From Desulfomonilia bacterium (GTDB lineage: Bacteria > Desulfobacterota > Desulfomonilia > UBA1062): a stretch of 64,000 bases of DNA. The first letter of the stretch is position 1. Every line of letters starts with the position of its first letter. Positions 20,178 to 30,110 of the stretch are shown piece after piece. Both the position numbers and the translations under genes were made by a program. The notes beneath the pieces are model-generated. The model had not been told where the DNA came from and searched no databases. It saw only the letters and a list, made by a program, of their open reading frames with translations. The stretch lies in the NCBI GenBank assembly GCA_963664325.2, contig CAXXDQ010000007.1, positions 960,001-1,024,000 of the forward strand. The letters run 5' to 3'.

Positions 20178-22577
20178 ATGAAGAAATATTTTATTCTGTT
20201 ATCACTAATCATGGCTGCAGCGATTTTATACCCTGTCCAACTGCTGGCTGTTTCTATTGAGGTAAGCTGGAATGCGAATACCGAAACGGACCTTGCGGGA
20301 TACAAGGTTTATTACGGAACCCAGTCAGGGACATACGCTTCAACTTTAAACACAGGCAAAACGACTACCGCTACCATTGACAATCTACAAACCGGCAAGA
20401 CCTATTACGTGACCATGAGCGCTTATGATACTTCAGGCAATGAATCCGAAAAATCAGCTGAAGTCAGCATATCAATCCCTGTTCCCGACACAACGCCTCC
20501 GACTGGAAGTATCACTATAAATTCAGGAGCGGCAACCGCCTCTTCAAGAACTGTAACCTTAAGCCTTACCGCAACCGATACCGAAGGAACTGTTGCAGCG
20601 ATGAAGATAAGCAGCGACGGTACGACATGGTCCGCCGAGGCGCCGTTCAGCGCCTCACAGGCGTGGGTACTGCCCGAGGGTGACGGTACCAAAACCGTAT
20701 ATGCAGTTTTCAAGGACAACAGCGGCAACTGGATGACAACCCCGGCAAGCGACACGATTCAGCTTGTGCTTGACTCCGACAGCGACGGGCTGCCGGATGT
20801 CTGGGAAATCGCCAACGGACTCAATCCCAACGACCCCGCCGACGCGGGCCTTGACAGCGACGGCGACGGTTACAACAACATGGAGGAATATGCCAACAAA
20901 ACAAACCCGAATTACAGGTATGATTACGCGCCGATAGCCGAAGCCGGCACCGGCCAGCAGAGCGATCCTACAAGGATATATCTTGACGGTTCAGCCTCTT
21001 ATGACCCCAACGGCGATGCCATTGCCTATTCTTGGACTCAGGTTTCCGGCCCGCAGGTCGCGATAGAAAACTCCACAACCAGCAGGGCGAGCTTCATGGG
21101 CGTAAAGGCCGGAACCTACAGACTCATGTTAAGCTGTTCGGACCTAAGGGCCACATCCACCGATTATGTTGATATAATCATCAACAATGTTGCACCGAGC
21201 GTAAACGCAGGAAGCGACATGACTGTTGACTCGGGCACTGTAATAACGCTTCATTCTTCGGGATCGGACCCTAATGGCGATGCGCTGACATACACATGGT
21301 CGCTCGTTGAGGGCCCGGGCATTGCGCTTCCGGCAATGACCACGCAGGATATAACGCTAACGCCGCAGATCGGCGGACTGTACAAGTTTGCAGTCGTCTG
21401 CTCTGACGGAGCCAATATCAGCCCTGCTGATGAGATCCTTCTTACCGTAAATGCAATAAACCACGCACCGACGGCCGAAGCCGGCGCTGATGTCGATGTC
21501 CAGTCAGGCACCCTTGTAACCCTGGATGGAAGCGGTTCAACCGATCCCGACAATGACAGGCTCAGCTACTCGTGGACCCAGGTTTCCGGTCCCCAGGTGC
21601 AGCTGTCAAATACGGGCATCGACAAACCGACGTTTACCGCCTCCACAACAGACACGTATGTATTTGAATTGACAGTTGCCGATGCAAAAGTCAGTTCGAC
21701 ACCTGACACCGTTACGGTAAGGGTGCTCAGGCAGAATACGGCACCGGTAGCTGATGCCGGGAATGACCAGGTCACCGGGGCCGGCTCAACCGTAACCCTC
21801 GATGCAGGCGCCTCTTACGATCCGGATGCAGACGCCATAACTTATGCATGGTTGCAGACCGGCGGCGCATCGGTTGAAATGTCGGGAGTCAACATGGCCC
21901 GTGTGACATTCACCCCGACCGTATCCGGTGTCCTGGAGTTCAAGGTGACCGTATCCGACGGCCAGGCACAGGCTGAAGACACCGTCAAGGTAACCGTTGA
22001 AAGCGTCAATACGGTTCCTGTAGCAGAAGCCGGAGACCCTCAGACCGTCACACTGACCCCTACGCTGGGTCAGAGGATAACCCTTGACGGCAGAAACAGC
22101 CTGGATCCAGACGGAGATGCCCTTTCTTACATCTGGTCTCAGATTTCGGGGCCCAGCACATCCCTGACAGGCTCTAATACGGCAACCCCATGGTTCGCTC
22201 CCGGAGCGGCCGGAACCTATGTCTTCGAACTCAAGGTGTATGACGGCAAAGATACAAGCCTTGCCGATACGGTGACGGTCACGGTCCTGAGCATGCAGAG
22301 CAATATAACCCTTATCGCTCCGCTTAACGGGTCGCAGGTATCAAGCAATCCCACCATGAAATGGAGCGGCGTCAACATGACGGGCTATACGCTCTATCTG
22401 GCTCTCGACGGCAAGAATTACACAAAGATGTACTCCGGAAGCTGGACATCATATACCGTTCACTCTGCGCACTGGTACTGGTTCATTCCCAAAAAGACAA
22501 CCATAAGCTGGTATGTGATCGGACAGAAAGGCTCCACTCAGGTCAAAAGCAGCGTCTATACATTCATCAAGTCATAG
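20178..22577 (+). CDS. Secreted FN3 + Ig-like/PKD-repeat surface protein
   Basis: Signal peptide; WNANTETDLAGYKVYYG FN3 motif; DSDSDGLPD acidic repeat; repeated P.A.AG.D..LDGS.S.DP.GD..YSWTQ.SGP units. Confidence 0.85.
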   Translation: MKKYFILLSLIMAAAILYPVQLLAVSIEVSWNANTETDLAGYKVYYGTQSGTYASTLNTGKTTTATIDNLQTGKTYYVTMSAYDTSGNESEKSAEVSISIPVPDTTPPTGSITINSGAATASSRTVTLSLTATDTEGTVAAMKISSDGTTWSAEAPFSASQAWVLPEGDGTKTVYAVFKDNSGNWMTTPASDTIQLVLDSDSDGLPDVWEIANGLNPNDPADAGLDSDGDGYNNMEEYANKTNPNYRYDYAPIAEAGTGQQSDPTRIYLDGSASYDPNGDAIAYSWTQVSGPQVAIENSTTSRASFMGVKAGTYRLMLSCSDLRATSTDYVDIIINNVAPSVNAGSDMTVDSGTVITLHSSGSDPNGDALTYTWSLVEGPGIALPAMTTQDITLTPQIGGLYKFAVVCSDGANISPADEILLTVNAINHAPTAEAGADVDVQSGTLVTLDGSGSTDPDNDRLSYSWTQVSGPQVQLSNTGIDKPTFTASTTDTYVFELTVADAKVSSTPDTVTVRVLRQNTAPVADAGNDQVTGAGSTVTLDAGASYDPDADAITYAWLQTGGASVEMSGVNMARVTFTPTVSGVLEFKVTVSDGQAQAEDTVKVTVESVNTVPVAEAGDPQTVTLTPTLGQRITLDGRNSLDPDGDALSYIWSQISGPSTSLTGSNTATPWFAPGAAGTYVFELKVYDGKDTSLADTVTVTVLSMQSNITLIAPLNGSQVSSNPTMKWSGVNMTGYTLYLALDGKNYTKMYSGSWTSYTVHSAHWYWFIPKKTTISWYVIGQKGSTQVKSSVYTFIKS

Positions 22578-22592
22578 CCGGAAATGCGGCGT

Positions 22593-22628
22593 AAAAAATA
22601 AAGGGGCCGCATGGCCCCTTTATTTTTT
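22593..22628. terminator. Bidirectional Rho-independent terminator
   Basis: AAAAAATAAAGGGGCC-gcat-GGCCCCTTTATTTTTT. Confidence 0.9.
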
Positions 22629-22657
22629 TCTGTTAATATCTTGATAATTCGGGCAAG

Positions 22658-22673
22658 TGGCATATTATTGGCA
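22658..22673 (+). promoter_or_regulatory. Possible sigma-54 promoter
   Basis: TGGCAT-ATTAT-TGGCA gives GG-N10-GC, 26 bp upstream of ATG 22699; deviates from the TTGC consensus. Confidence 0.35.
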
Positions 22674-22698
22674 CAATATTTTTCCCGGAGGTATCATA

Positions 22699-22974
22699 AT
22701 GAAAAAGGCATTCTGGTTATTAATGATGATCGGTTCCCTTTGCGGCTGGGCGTTTGCAATCACCGGACTTGTAAAACCCTTTGAAGATGAAAAGCTGAAA
22801 AAGATATGGAAAGGGGTTTTCTGCACATGGGTATACGGGCACCCGCTCGAGCTCGCCTTGTCTCTCTGGATAGGTAAGAAGGCCGGCCTTTCCGGATTAA
22901 GAACCATATTTAAAACACTCGCCTTCGGATTTACATGGTGGGTCCCCCTGAAGCTGGGAATTATAAAAAAATAA
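22699..22974 (+). CDS. Small membrane protein
   Basis: GGAGG RBS; hydrophobic segments; HPLE and FGFTWWVP motifs. Confidence 0.7.
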   Translation: MKKAFWLLMMIGSLCGWAFAITGLVKPFEDEKLKKIWKGVFCTWVYGHPLELALSLWIGKKAGLSGLRTIFKTLAFGFTWWVPLKLGIIKK

Positions 22975-22994
22975 CCTATTCAAGGGAAACCGGG

Positions 22995-23447
22995 ATGATA
23001 AAAGTCAGAGATATCATGACAACCGGGCCGGTAACGTTTTCCCCGGATGACGAGATCGCCAAGGCCACGCAAATCCTGCTGGAAAACAGGTTCAACGGAG
23101 CGCCGGTGGTCGATTCAACGGGAAAACTGGTTGGGATTTTATGCCAGAGCGACCTTATTGCCCAGCAGAAAAATCTCCCCATTCCATCCATATTCACATT
23201 CCTTGACGGTTTTATCCCTTTGACTTCCATGAAACACCTGGAAAAAGAAATCGAAAAAATAGCGGCAACCCTGGTATCCCAGGCAATGACCCCGAATCCC
23301 GTTACCGTAAGCCCTGAAACGGAAATCGAAGAGGTCGCCAGGCTGATGGTAGATAAAAAATTTCATACACTTCCGGTTGTGGATGACAAAGGCTGTGTCA
23401 TCGGAATAATAGGCAAACATGATATTTTGAAAACCCTGCTCAAGTAA
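22995..23447 (+). CDS. CBS domain protein
   Basis: KVRDIMT..PVVDSTGKLVGIL and MTPNPVTV..LPVVDD CBS pair. Confidence 0.92.
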   Translation: MIKVRDIMTTGPVTFSPDDEIAKATQILLENRFNGAPVVDSTGKLVGILCQSDLIAQQKNLPIPSIFTFLDGFIPLTSMKHLEKEIEKIAATLVSQAMTPNPVTVSPETEIEEVARLMVDKKFHTLPVVDDKGCVIGIIGKHDILKTLLK

Positions 23448-23705
23448 AGAAAGCCGGCTGATTTTCTAAAAATATCTTCAGGCCCGGGCTTTCCGCTTTA
23501 AACGTAAAACACAGTGCCATCTGGTACTAAGCAAGGGCCGAAACCTTTTAAATCAATAATGCCGGTTTCGATGGATTTTCATTGTAAAATCGTTTTGCTT
23601 GACGCCTGCTTCCATATTGCTCCCACCCAACTGTCATTAAAGCCCTGTTTCCAATGAAACTCAGGCTTGCCATCTTGCTCAAAAGGATATAAATATTATT
23701 ATTCT

Positions 23706-25154
23706 ATGAAAATTGGATTGCGCGAAAGACTTGCAATGACCTTTGTGGTCTATCTGGTAGTAATATTGGGTTTATGTCTATTGCTACTCTATGTCTCCTC
23801 AAGCCTTGGGGGAATGACCGCCGAGGTATACAGCCTGGACTACAAGAAAAAGGACACAAGCGAAACATTAATCCAGAACCTTATTAATATTGACGAAGCG
23901 TCACGAAAGTATATCCTGCTTCAAGATACCGCATATATGGACACCATCAGGGAAAGCGCCGCGGAGATATCCAAGGCCTTTGCATATTTGAAAAAAGGCA
24001 ACGTCACCTATAACAAGAAGGAAGCCGAATTAATAAATCTCTCTGAAGCCAAATGGCATGATTTCATCAAGACTTACTATTTTGAGGCCCAGAACATCCC
24101 TGCAGAATCCAAGGCATTAGAAACCATGTTTGAAAAAAACGGCAAGTCCATTGACGAGCTTGTTGAGAATGCAAAGATCCTCAGACAGAATTCGATAAAT
24201 TCAATTGACGAAAAGATTTTTAAGCTTAAAGCCCTTGGAGAACAGGTGGTATCGATAACATGGTGGTCATTCATCATCGCCCTTGCTGTTGGACTGTTTA
24301 TTCCCCTGATAATCTATATCGGCATATCAAAAGACATAGGCCTCATAAACACAGGGACAAGGCACATATCCCAGGGTGATTTCTCCTACAGGATACCAAT
24401 TGATTCTAAAGATGAACTCGGTAACCTTGCAGGATCTTTCAACAGGATGGCCATGCGCCTGAAAGAACTCGACGACATGAAATCCGAATTTATTTCAGTA
24501 GTCTCGCACGAACTGAAAACACCGCTTACATCGATGAAGGAAGCAGCCAACCTCCTCATGGACGGCATCGGAGGAGAACTCGACGGAAAACAGAAAAGGC
24601 TCATCTCCATAATGGACCAGGGCATAAACAGGCTTCTTCAGATAATAAATGAACTGCTTGACATGTCCCGGCTTGAAGCAGGCCTGCTAAGGCTTGACCT
24701 GGTTCAGAATGACCTGAGGGTTATCATAGCCGAATTCGTCACGGAGATCATGCCGTACTCGCAGAACAAAGGCATCAATCTGATATTCAAGAATCCCGAT
24801 TCACCATGCATGGCGAGTGTTGACAAAAACAAGATTTTGCAGGTGTTGACAAATCTGACTCATAATGCAATCAAATATTCGGAAGAAGGCGGAGAGGTTG
24901 AAATAAGACTAAGCCGTCAGGGAAACGATTTTATCATTGAAGTCCAGGATCATGGAAAGGGTATTCCCGAGGAAGACATACCTCTCATTTTTGAAAAGTT
25001 TTATCAATCCAGGGCCACCAGAGGTCACAGTGGAATAGGTCTTGGGCTTGCAATCGCCAAACATATTGTGGAGGCCCACGGAGGAAAGATACATGCGCAG
25101 AGCAGGGTTGGAAAAGGCAGCGTGTTTTATTTCAGCATTCCTGTTGGTGCTTGA
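23706..25154 (+). CDS. HAMP sensor histidine kinase (GlrK/QseE-like)
   Basis: Two TM segments, HAMP, SHELKTPL, NAIKY, DHGKG, GIGLGL. Confidence 0.95.
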   Translation: MKIGLRERLAMTFVVYLVVILGLCLLLLYVSSSLGGMTAEVYSLDYKKKDTSETLIQNLINIDEASRKYILLQDTAYMDTIRESAAEISKAFAYLKKGNVTYNKKEAELINLSEAKWHDFIKTYYFEAQNIPAESKALETMFEKNGKSIDELVENAKILRQNSINSIDEKIFKLKALGEQVVSITWWSFIIALAVGLFIPLIIYIGISKDIGLINTGTRHISQGDFSYRIPIDSKDELGNLAGSFNRMAMRLKELDDMKSEFISVVSHELKTPLTSMKEAANLLMDGIGGELDGKQKRLISIMDQGINRLLQIINELLDMSRLEAGLLRLDLVQNDLRVIIAEFVTEIMPYSQNKGINLIFKNPDSPCMASVDKNKILQVLTNLTHNAIKYSEEGGEVEIRLSRQGNDFIIEVQDHGKGIPEEDIPLIFEKFYQSRATRGHSGIGLGLAIAKHIVEAHGGKIHAQSRVGKGSVFYFSIPVGA

Positions 25155-25668
25155 AATAACAATCGCCGGTTGTGCTCCGTGGATACCCCCGGAGATAATG
25201 TCAGCCGAAGACAGTGTCGCTGCGGGCAATGGGCTTAAATCGACGTCTTCCATGGATACACCGATCGATAATCCCGACATCGCAGCAAGGAAGAAAATAC
25301 TCCTGATAGTCAACTCGATAATAACCGAGGAATACTCCACCGAAGAAACAACGGAGACGCTTAGGGCCATCCAGAATAACCCTGAAGTCTCAAGAGATCT
25401 GAGGATAGAAGCCGGATACATAATTTCCATGGTTGAAAAAATCAGTAGCAGAAACAAAGATATCGACCGCCTTCAGAATAAAAACACAAAATGCATGAAT
25501 GATAAATCGGATCTGGAGAAGTCCCTGAAAGAAGACGAGCTGTTATTGAAAGAAAAAGAAGAACTGATCACCGTACTTGTCGTAGAAAAGCAGGATCTGA
25601 AGTTCAAATTACAGAAGCTCGAAGAAATATACCAGAAGTCGGAGAAAAGAAGAGGCCTCAGAAAGTGA
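25093..25668 (+). CDS. Coiled-coil lipoprotein (start uncertain)
   Basis: IAGC lipobox after a hydrophobic stretch; C-terminal coiled coil; overlaps both neighbours. Confidence 0.7.
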   Translation: MRRAGLEKAACFISAFLLVLEITIAGCAPWIPPEIMSAEDSVAAGNGLKSTSSMDTPIDNPDIAARKKILLIVNSIITEEYSTEETTETLRAIQNNPEVSRDLRIEAGYIISMVEKISSRNKDIDRLQNKNTKCMNDKSDLEKSLKEDELLLKEKEELITVLVVEKQDLKFKLQKLEEIYQKSEKRRGLRK

Positions 25669-27020
25669 ACCCCGAAATTATCATTCTTGATGATGAGCCT
25701 AATATTGTAGAAGTCTTGATAACCCGCCTTGAAACCAAGGGCTACAATGTAATCGGATTCACAAAACCGGACAAGGCGCTTGATGCAATAAGAAACGGCA
25801 ATGCCTGCGTTCTGCTGACAGATATGAAAATGCCTGAAAAAGACGGGATAGCCGTCCTCAACGAGGCCAAGGAACTGGACCCGGACATAGAGGTAATCAT
25901 ACTTACTGCTTATGGAACGGTTTCCAGTGCCGTTGAAGCAATGAAGCAGGGTGCATATGACTATATCCTCAAACCGTTCAACCCGGCGGAACTTATCGCC
26001 AAACTGAACAGGGCGCTTGATAAACGGGAACTCAAGCAAAGGGTGCGCGCCCTGGAGAAGAAAGTAGAATCATCAACCGATAATATGATATACGCCGTCA
26101 GCCGTGCGATGAACCATGTCATACAGCTTGCAAAACAGGTAAGCTCAACAGATGCCACAGTGTTGATTACGGGTGAATCGGGAACCGGCAAAGAGCTTAT
26201 CGCCCGGCTTATCCATCGTGAAAGCAACCGCTCAAATAAAAATTTCGTGATCATGGACTGCGGCGCGACACCTTCGGGACTTATCGAATCCGAGATGTTC
26301 GGTTATGTTAAAGGGGCTTTCACGGGAGCGATAAAAGACAAGACCGGGATAATAGAAGAGGCTGATAAAGGCACCCTGTTCCTGGATGAGATAGGCAATA
26401 TATCTTCCGAACTGCAGAATCGCCTGCTCAGGGTTATAGAGTCAGGCGAATTCCGCCGCGTTGGAGATGTCGCGCAAAAGCATTCTGATATCAGGGTCAT
26501 TGCCGCCACGAATGCAGATCTTCTCTCCCTTGTTAAGAACGGCACTTTCAGAGAAGACCTCTATTACAGGCTCAGGGTAATAAATATCGACATTCCTCCG
26601 TTGAGAGAAAGGATTGAGGACATCCCTGGATTGGTCCAAATATTTGTCAATGAATTCTCCCAGAAAACCGGCAAGCACATCCTTGGCATATCAAAAGACG
26701 TCCTTGAAATCATGAGAAAACATACATGGCCGGGTAATGTCAGGGAACTCAGAAATACGGTGCAATCGGCAGTGGTTCTGTGCAGCAGCGACATAATTAC
26801 AAGAGATGACCTGCTCATTTCGGGAATCTGTGAACCGGAAGAAGTCTTTGATGAAAGTCTCAACAAACTCGAGGAAACGGAAAAGGATATGGTTATAGAC
26901 GCCTTGAAAAAGTCCAAATGGGTTCAGAACGAGGCGGCCAAAACGCTGGGCATATCAAGGCGGGTAATGCATTATAAAATCAAGAAGTATAATATAAATA
27001 TCAACGAAAAACCTGTCTGA
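25665..27020 (+). CDS. Sigma-54-dependent response regulator (NtrC/GlrR type)
   Basis: Receiver domain, GESGTGKE, GAFTGA, LFLDE, WPGNVREL, Fis-type HTH. Confidence 0.96.
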   Translation: MNPEIIILDDEPNIVEVLITRLETKGYNVIGFTKPDKALDAIRNGNACVLLTDMKMPEKDGIAVLNEAKELDPDIEVIILTAYGTVSSAVEAMKQGAYDYILKPFNPAELIAKLNRALDKRELKQRVRALEKKVESSTDNMIYAVSRAMNHVIQLAKQVSSTDATVLITGESGTGKELIARLIHRESNRSNKNFVIMDCGATPSGLIESEMFGYVKGAFTGAIKDKTGIIEEADKGTLFLDEIGNISSELQNRLLRVIESGEFRRVGDVAQKHSDIRVIAATNADLLSLVKNGTFREDLYYRLRVINIDIPPLRERIEDIPGLVQIFVNEFSQKTGKHILGISKDVLEIMRKHTWPGNVRELRNTVQSAVVLCSSDIITRDDLLISGICEPEEVFDESLNKLEETEKDMVIDALKKSKWVQNEAAKTLGISRRVMHYKIKKYNININEKPV

Positions 27021-27031
27021 AAGAAAGACTA

Positions 27032-29176
27032 TTACAGTTCCATTCCGGGCAGCCTCGTACCTAGAAAGCATCTGTCCGCGCCATATAAGCCGGAATAATC
27101 GTACTCATGGACTTTCATTTCATAACTGGAGAAAACAAGCCTTTTGCCCTTCGTATCGATATAAGGACCGAACAGCCTTCCGTTGCAGATGAATTCTTTC
27201 GAAAGGCAAGTCCCCGTCTTTGAATCATACACACTCATATATGAACGTCCTGTGTCAATTCCTCCGCAGGGGCTTCCCTCGGAAAAGTGGACAACATAAA
27301 CATTGCCGTCCATTATCAGCATTTGTATGATTTGAGGGCTTTCAATCCTCTGCGACCATATAAGCCTTTGTAAATCGGTACAGAAAACCTGATCTTTTGT
27401 ATAACCGCAGAGAAAAAGCCCCTTTCTGAATGTATATGCATGTATATCAATGATATCATCCATAATCCCGGTTACGATCGTTGTATTAAGAATAAGCCCT
27501 CTGTTTAATACAAATATTTTTCCCTCCGAGGACCCTGCATAAATAAAGGCTTCAGCAGGGTCAAGGTTGAGTGAAGTGATTTTTTCTGACAGCCCGATAG
27601 TGGAAATTTCTTTGCCTGAAGACAGTTCAATTGCTTTTATGATATTGCTTTTCACAAGGAAGGCCGTTGAATTTGATACATCAAACATATCTGCGTCCGA
27701 TCCCCAGACGAGCTCCGGGGTATTTGTAAAGCAGAATATTCTCCCTTCGGAAGAAGGACCTGCAACAATATGACCGTTTATACTCTTTATTCTTCCGCCC
27801 GGACCCTTGATGGACCATTTCAGGTTCCCTGATGCCATGTCTACAAGGCTTACTGAATTGCCCGAAGTTGAGATGTAAAGGTTATCTCCTTCACTGTATA
27901 CCGATTCTGCAGGTCCCGGATATGCAAACGCCTGGCATTGAGCCAATGCACCTTTTGAGTTCACCTTAAAATATTTTGCTCCCGCATTGTCGGTCCATGA
28001 AGGGCTGAACCGGCCGAACCTGTTTTCAATGAACATGGTTTTATCTTCTCTCATCACCGGCATGGTGCTGGAAAATGGTGTTTCCAGCAGCAGATCATCG
28101 GAGCCGGGCATTTGTTTGCCTTTTCCTTTAATGACAACTGATTTTAAAAAATCCGTTTTCGGACCCAGCACATGTACAGAAACGCCCTCCGACGCCGCAT
28201 AAGAACTTACATCATCCAGACAGTGAGAGCCTGTTGAGGCGATATGCGTATCATTCAAATTTAAATCCCTGTCGTAGTCCTTTAACCATGACGGGACATT
28301 GCCGTCATCTTTTGCCAGCCCATCGGTTAAAAAAATGATGTGCTTCATTGTTGCACACTCATCAGGATATTTATCTACAAGCTCATAAAGGGATTTTGCC
28401 AGGCTGGCCTTTTCCTCAACAAAATCGATATTGCCAAGCATTTCAATGAGCTTATTTCTTTTGGACCCATAGGGCATGATTATTCCCTTTGAGACAGATG
28501 CAAGTGCTGCTTCTGCAATACTTACAGAACCAGCAATTTCATGGACAGCCTGCATATAAAGTGTTGATGACGGCATTGCACCTGAATATCCGCTTAAATC
28601 GGAGGCCGGCGCTTTCATATGGGAATTTCCATATGAACCCTTGAAATATGTACCTTCAGCGGCAGTCACATAATCCTCCTCCCCAATTGCAAAATCGGAA
28701 ATAGATATTTCCCCTTTTACATTTTTCAGATAAACTGAATTATCATCATAATCTCGATCACCTGCCTGTCTCAGGCTTTCCGAGTCCTGGATAAGAAATA
28801 AAATGTATGGCCTGTTGCTGGAAATTTTTATATCATTTTTCATATAGCAACTATTATTTGCTGTTTCAGAGCGCCAGTAGATTTCATTTTTTCCACCCGG
28901 ACACTTCTTTTCTATAAGATCGGTCTGAAAAGCCATATGATCCCATTTTTCCGGCACCGGCAGCTTAAAATGACTGACTGTGCAATCATTGTTTCCAGTC
29001 CCGGTAGTTTTAAGAATGTGCTCGAATCCCCTGCCGGAAACCATCCTGAATCTTGTGACGGTAAACGCCGATATGGATATTGAAAAGATCAGCAGCAGGA
29101 AAACCAGGGTGTATACAAGAACCCAGCCTTTATTATCCGAGATTGTAGTTATAACTGATTTCTTTGGTTGTTCCAT
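27032..29176 (-). CDS. Type IV pilus-associated protein: pilin-like N-terminus, vWA-like region, beta-propeller (PilX/PilY1-like)
   Basis: KG/WVLVYTLVFLLL pilin-like leader; C...HIIFLTDG and LDDV vWA-like motifs; PQQ-type repeats; follows a PilW-like gene. Confidence 0.55.
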   Translation of the reverse strand: MEQPKKSVITTISDNKGWVLVYTLVFLLLIFSISISAFTVTRFRMVSGRGFEHILKTTGTGNNDCTVSHFKLPVPEKWDHMAFQTDLIEKKCPGGKNEIYWRSETANNSCYMKNDIKISSNRPYILFLIQDSESLRQAGDRDYDDNSVYLKNVKGEISISDFAIGEEDYVTAAEGTYFKGSYGNSHMKAPASDLSGYSGAMPSSTLYMQAVHEIAGSVSIAEAALASVSKGIIMPYGSKRNKLIEMLGNIDFVEEKASLAKSLYELVDKYPDECATMKHIIFLTDGLAKDDGNVPSWLKDYDRDLNLNDTHIASTGSHCLDDVSSYAASEGVSVHVLGPKTDFLKSVVIKGKGKQMPGSDDLLLETPFSSTMPVMREDKTMFIENRFGRFSPSWTDNAGAKYFKVNSKGALAQCQAFAYPGPAESVYSEGDNLYISTSGNSVSLVDMASGNLKWSIKGPGGRIKSINGHIVAGPSSEGRIFCFTNTPELVWGSDADMFDVSNSTAFLVKSNIIKAIELSSGKEISTIGLSEKITSLNLDPAEAFIYAGSSEGKIFVLNRGLILNTTIVTGIMDDIIDIHAYTFRKGLFLCGYTKDQVFCTDLQRLIWSQRIESPQIIQMLIMDGNVYVVHFSEGSPCGGIDTGRSYMSVYDSKTGTCLSKEFICNGRLFGPYIDTKGKRLVFSSYEMKVHEYDYSGLYGADRCFLGTRLPGMEL

Positions 29177-29816
29177 TTCTACTCACCCTTAAGTTGATAT
29201 TCAGTTCATTGCCTGACTTTACGGCAGAAAAACCTGTAATATTTTCTGCTACAAGCTGACCGTTCCTGTACAGACCGTCTTCCTTCATCTGATATACGAT
29301 TGCCGGTACTGTCCTGTCTCCTTCTTTTGGAGCTCCTCCCTTCAGCGCTACCGGCATGTTGCCTTTCGAGTAATAATGCATGATTTCATATGCCCCGCTG
29401 TCGCTGATGATACCGTAATCAGCCCTGTAATCAGCCTTGCCGTCAGTATCAATATCAAGAGTGTCCAGGACTATCGAATCACCATATTGAGAGGACACCA
29501 CCGAAAAATATGGCGGCGTATATAAGGAATTAAAGGTAAGACCCCCGTTATCTGCAGTAACAGGAAACCCTGCTATAAACAATTTACCGTCACTGCATGA
29601 TATTTTCAAATCCTGAGGGAGCAAATAGGCACATTCTACAATGTCCCTGTTAAGCATAAGCATTGCTGTTCTTAATGACTGCATGCACAACCAGTCGGAC
29701 CTTTGCGAACTGGAAGCCCAACCGACAGCAATATATACGCTTGATACAGAAAGCATTATAAGCGAACCCAGAAGTAATCCGATCATAAACTCAATCAGGG
29801 TCATACCTTTGGACAT
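29133..29816 (-). CDS. Prepilin-type minor pilin (PilW-like)
   Basis: KG/MTLIE N-methylation motif followed by a hydrophobic helix. Confidence 0.85.
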   Translation of the reverse strand: MSKGMTLIEFMIGLLLGSLIMLSVSSVYIAVGWASSSQRSDWLCMQSLRTAMLMLNRDIVECAYLLPQDLKISCSDGKLFIAGFPVTADNGGLTFNSLYTPPYFSVVSSQYGDSIVLDTLDIDTDGKADYRADYGIISDSGAYEIMHYYSKGNMPVALKGGAPKEGDRTVPAIVYQMKEDGLYRNGQLVAENITGFSAVKSGNELNINLRVSRNGTTKEISYNYNLG

Positions 29817-30110
29817 TTTTCCCTCCCCAATAATATTGAATTCCAAAAAACCATAAAAACCGCTTTTAATTGCCTGCAGATTGCAGCGGCTTGCATTAAT
29901 ATTCTATATCATACCAGTATTATTTTATATTGTCAATTTGTTTTATGACTAATATTACTATTATTCACTATGAAATTACTGCAGGGAAAATATCTGGCTG
30001 TTGCCCTTACAGGGAATTACACATCAATTAATATCTGGATCCTTACGGCTGCGATTGCTTTTAGGATTTGCTTATTGCTGTTTTATACAGTTCAGCGCGT
30101 TACCTGTTTT

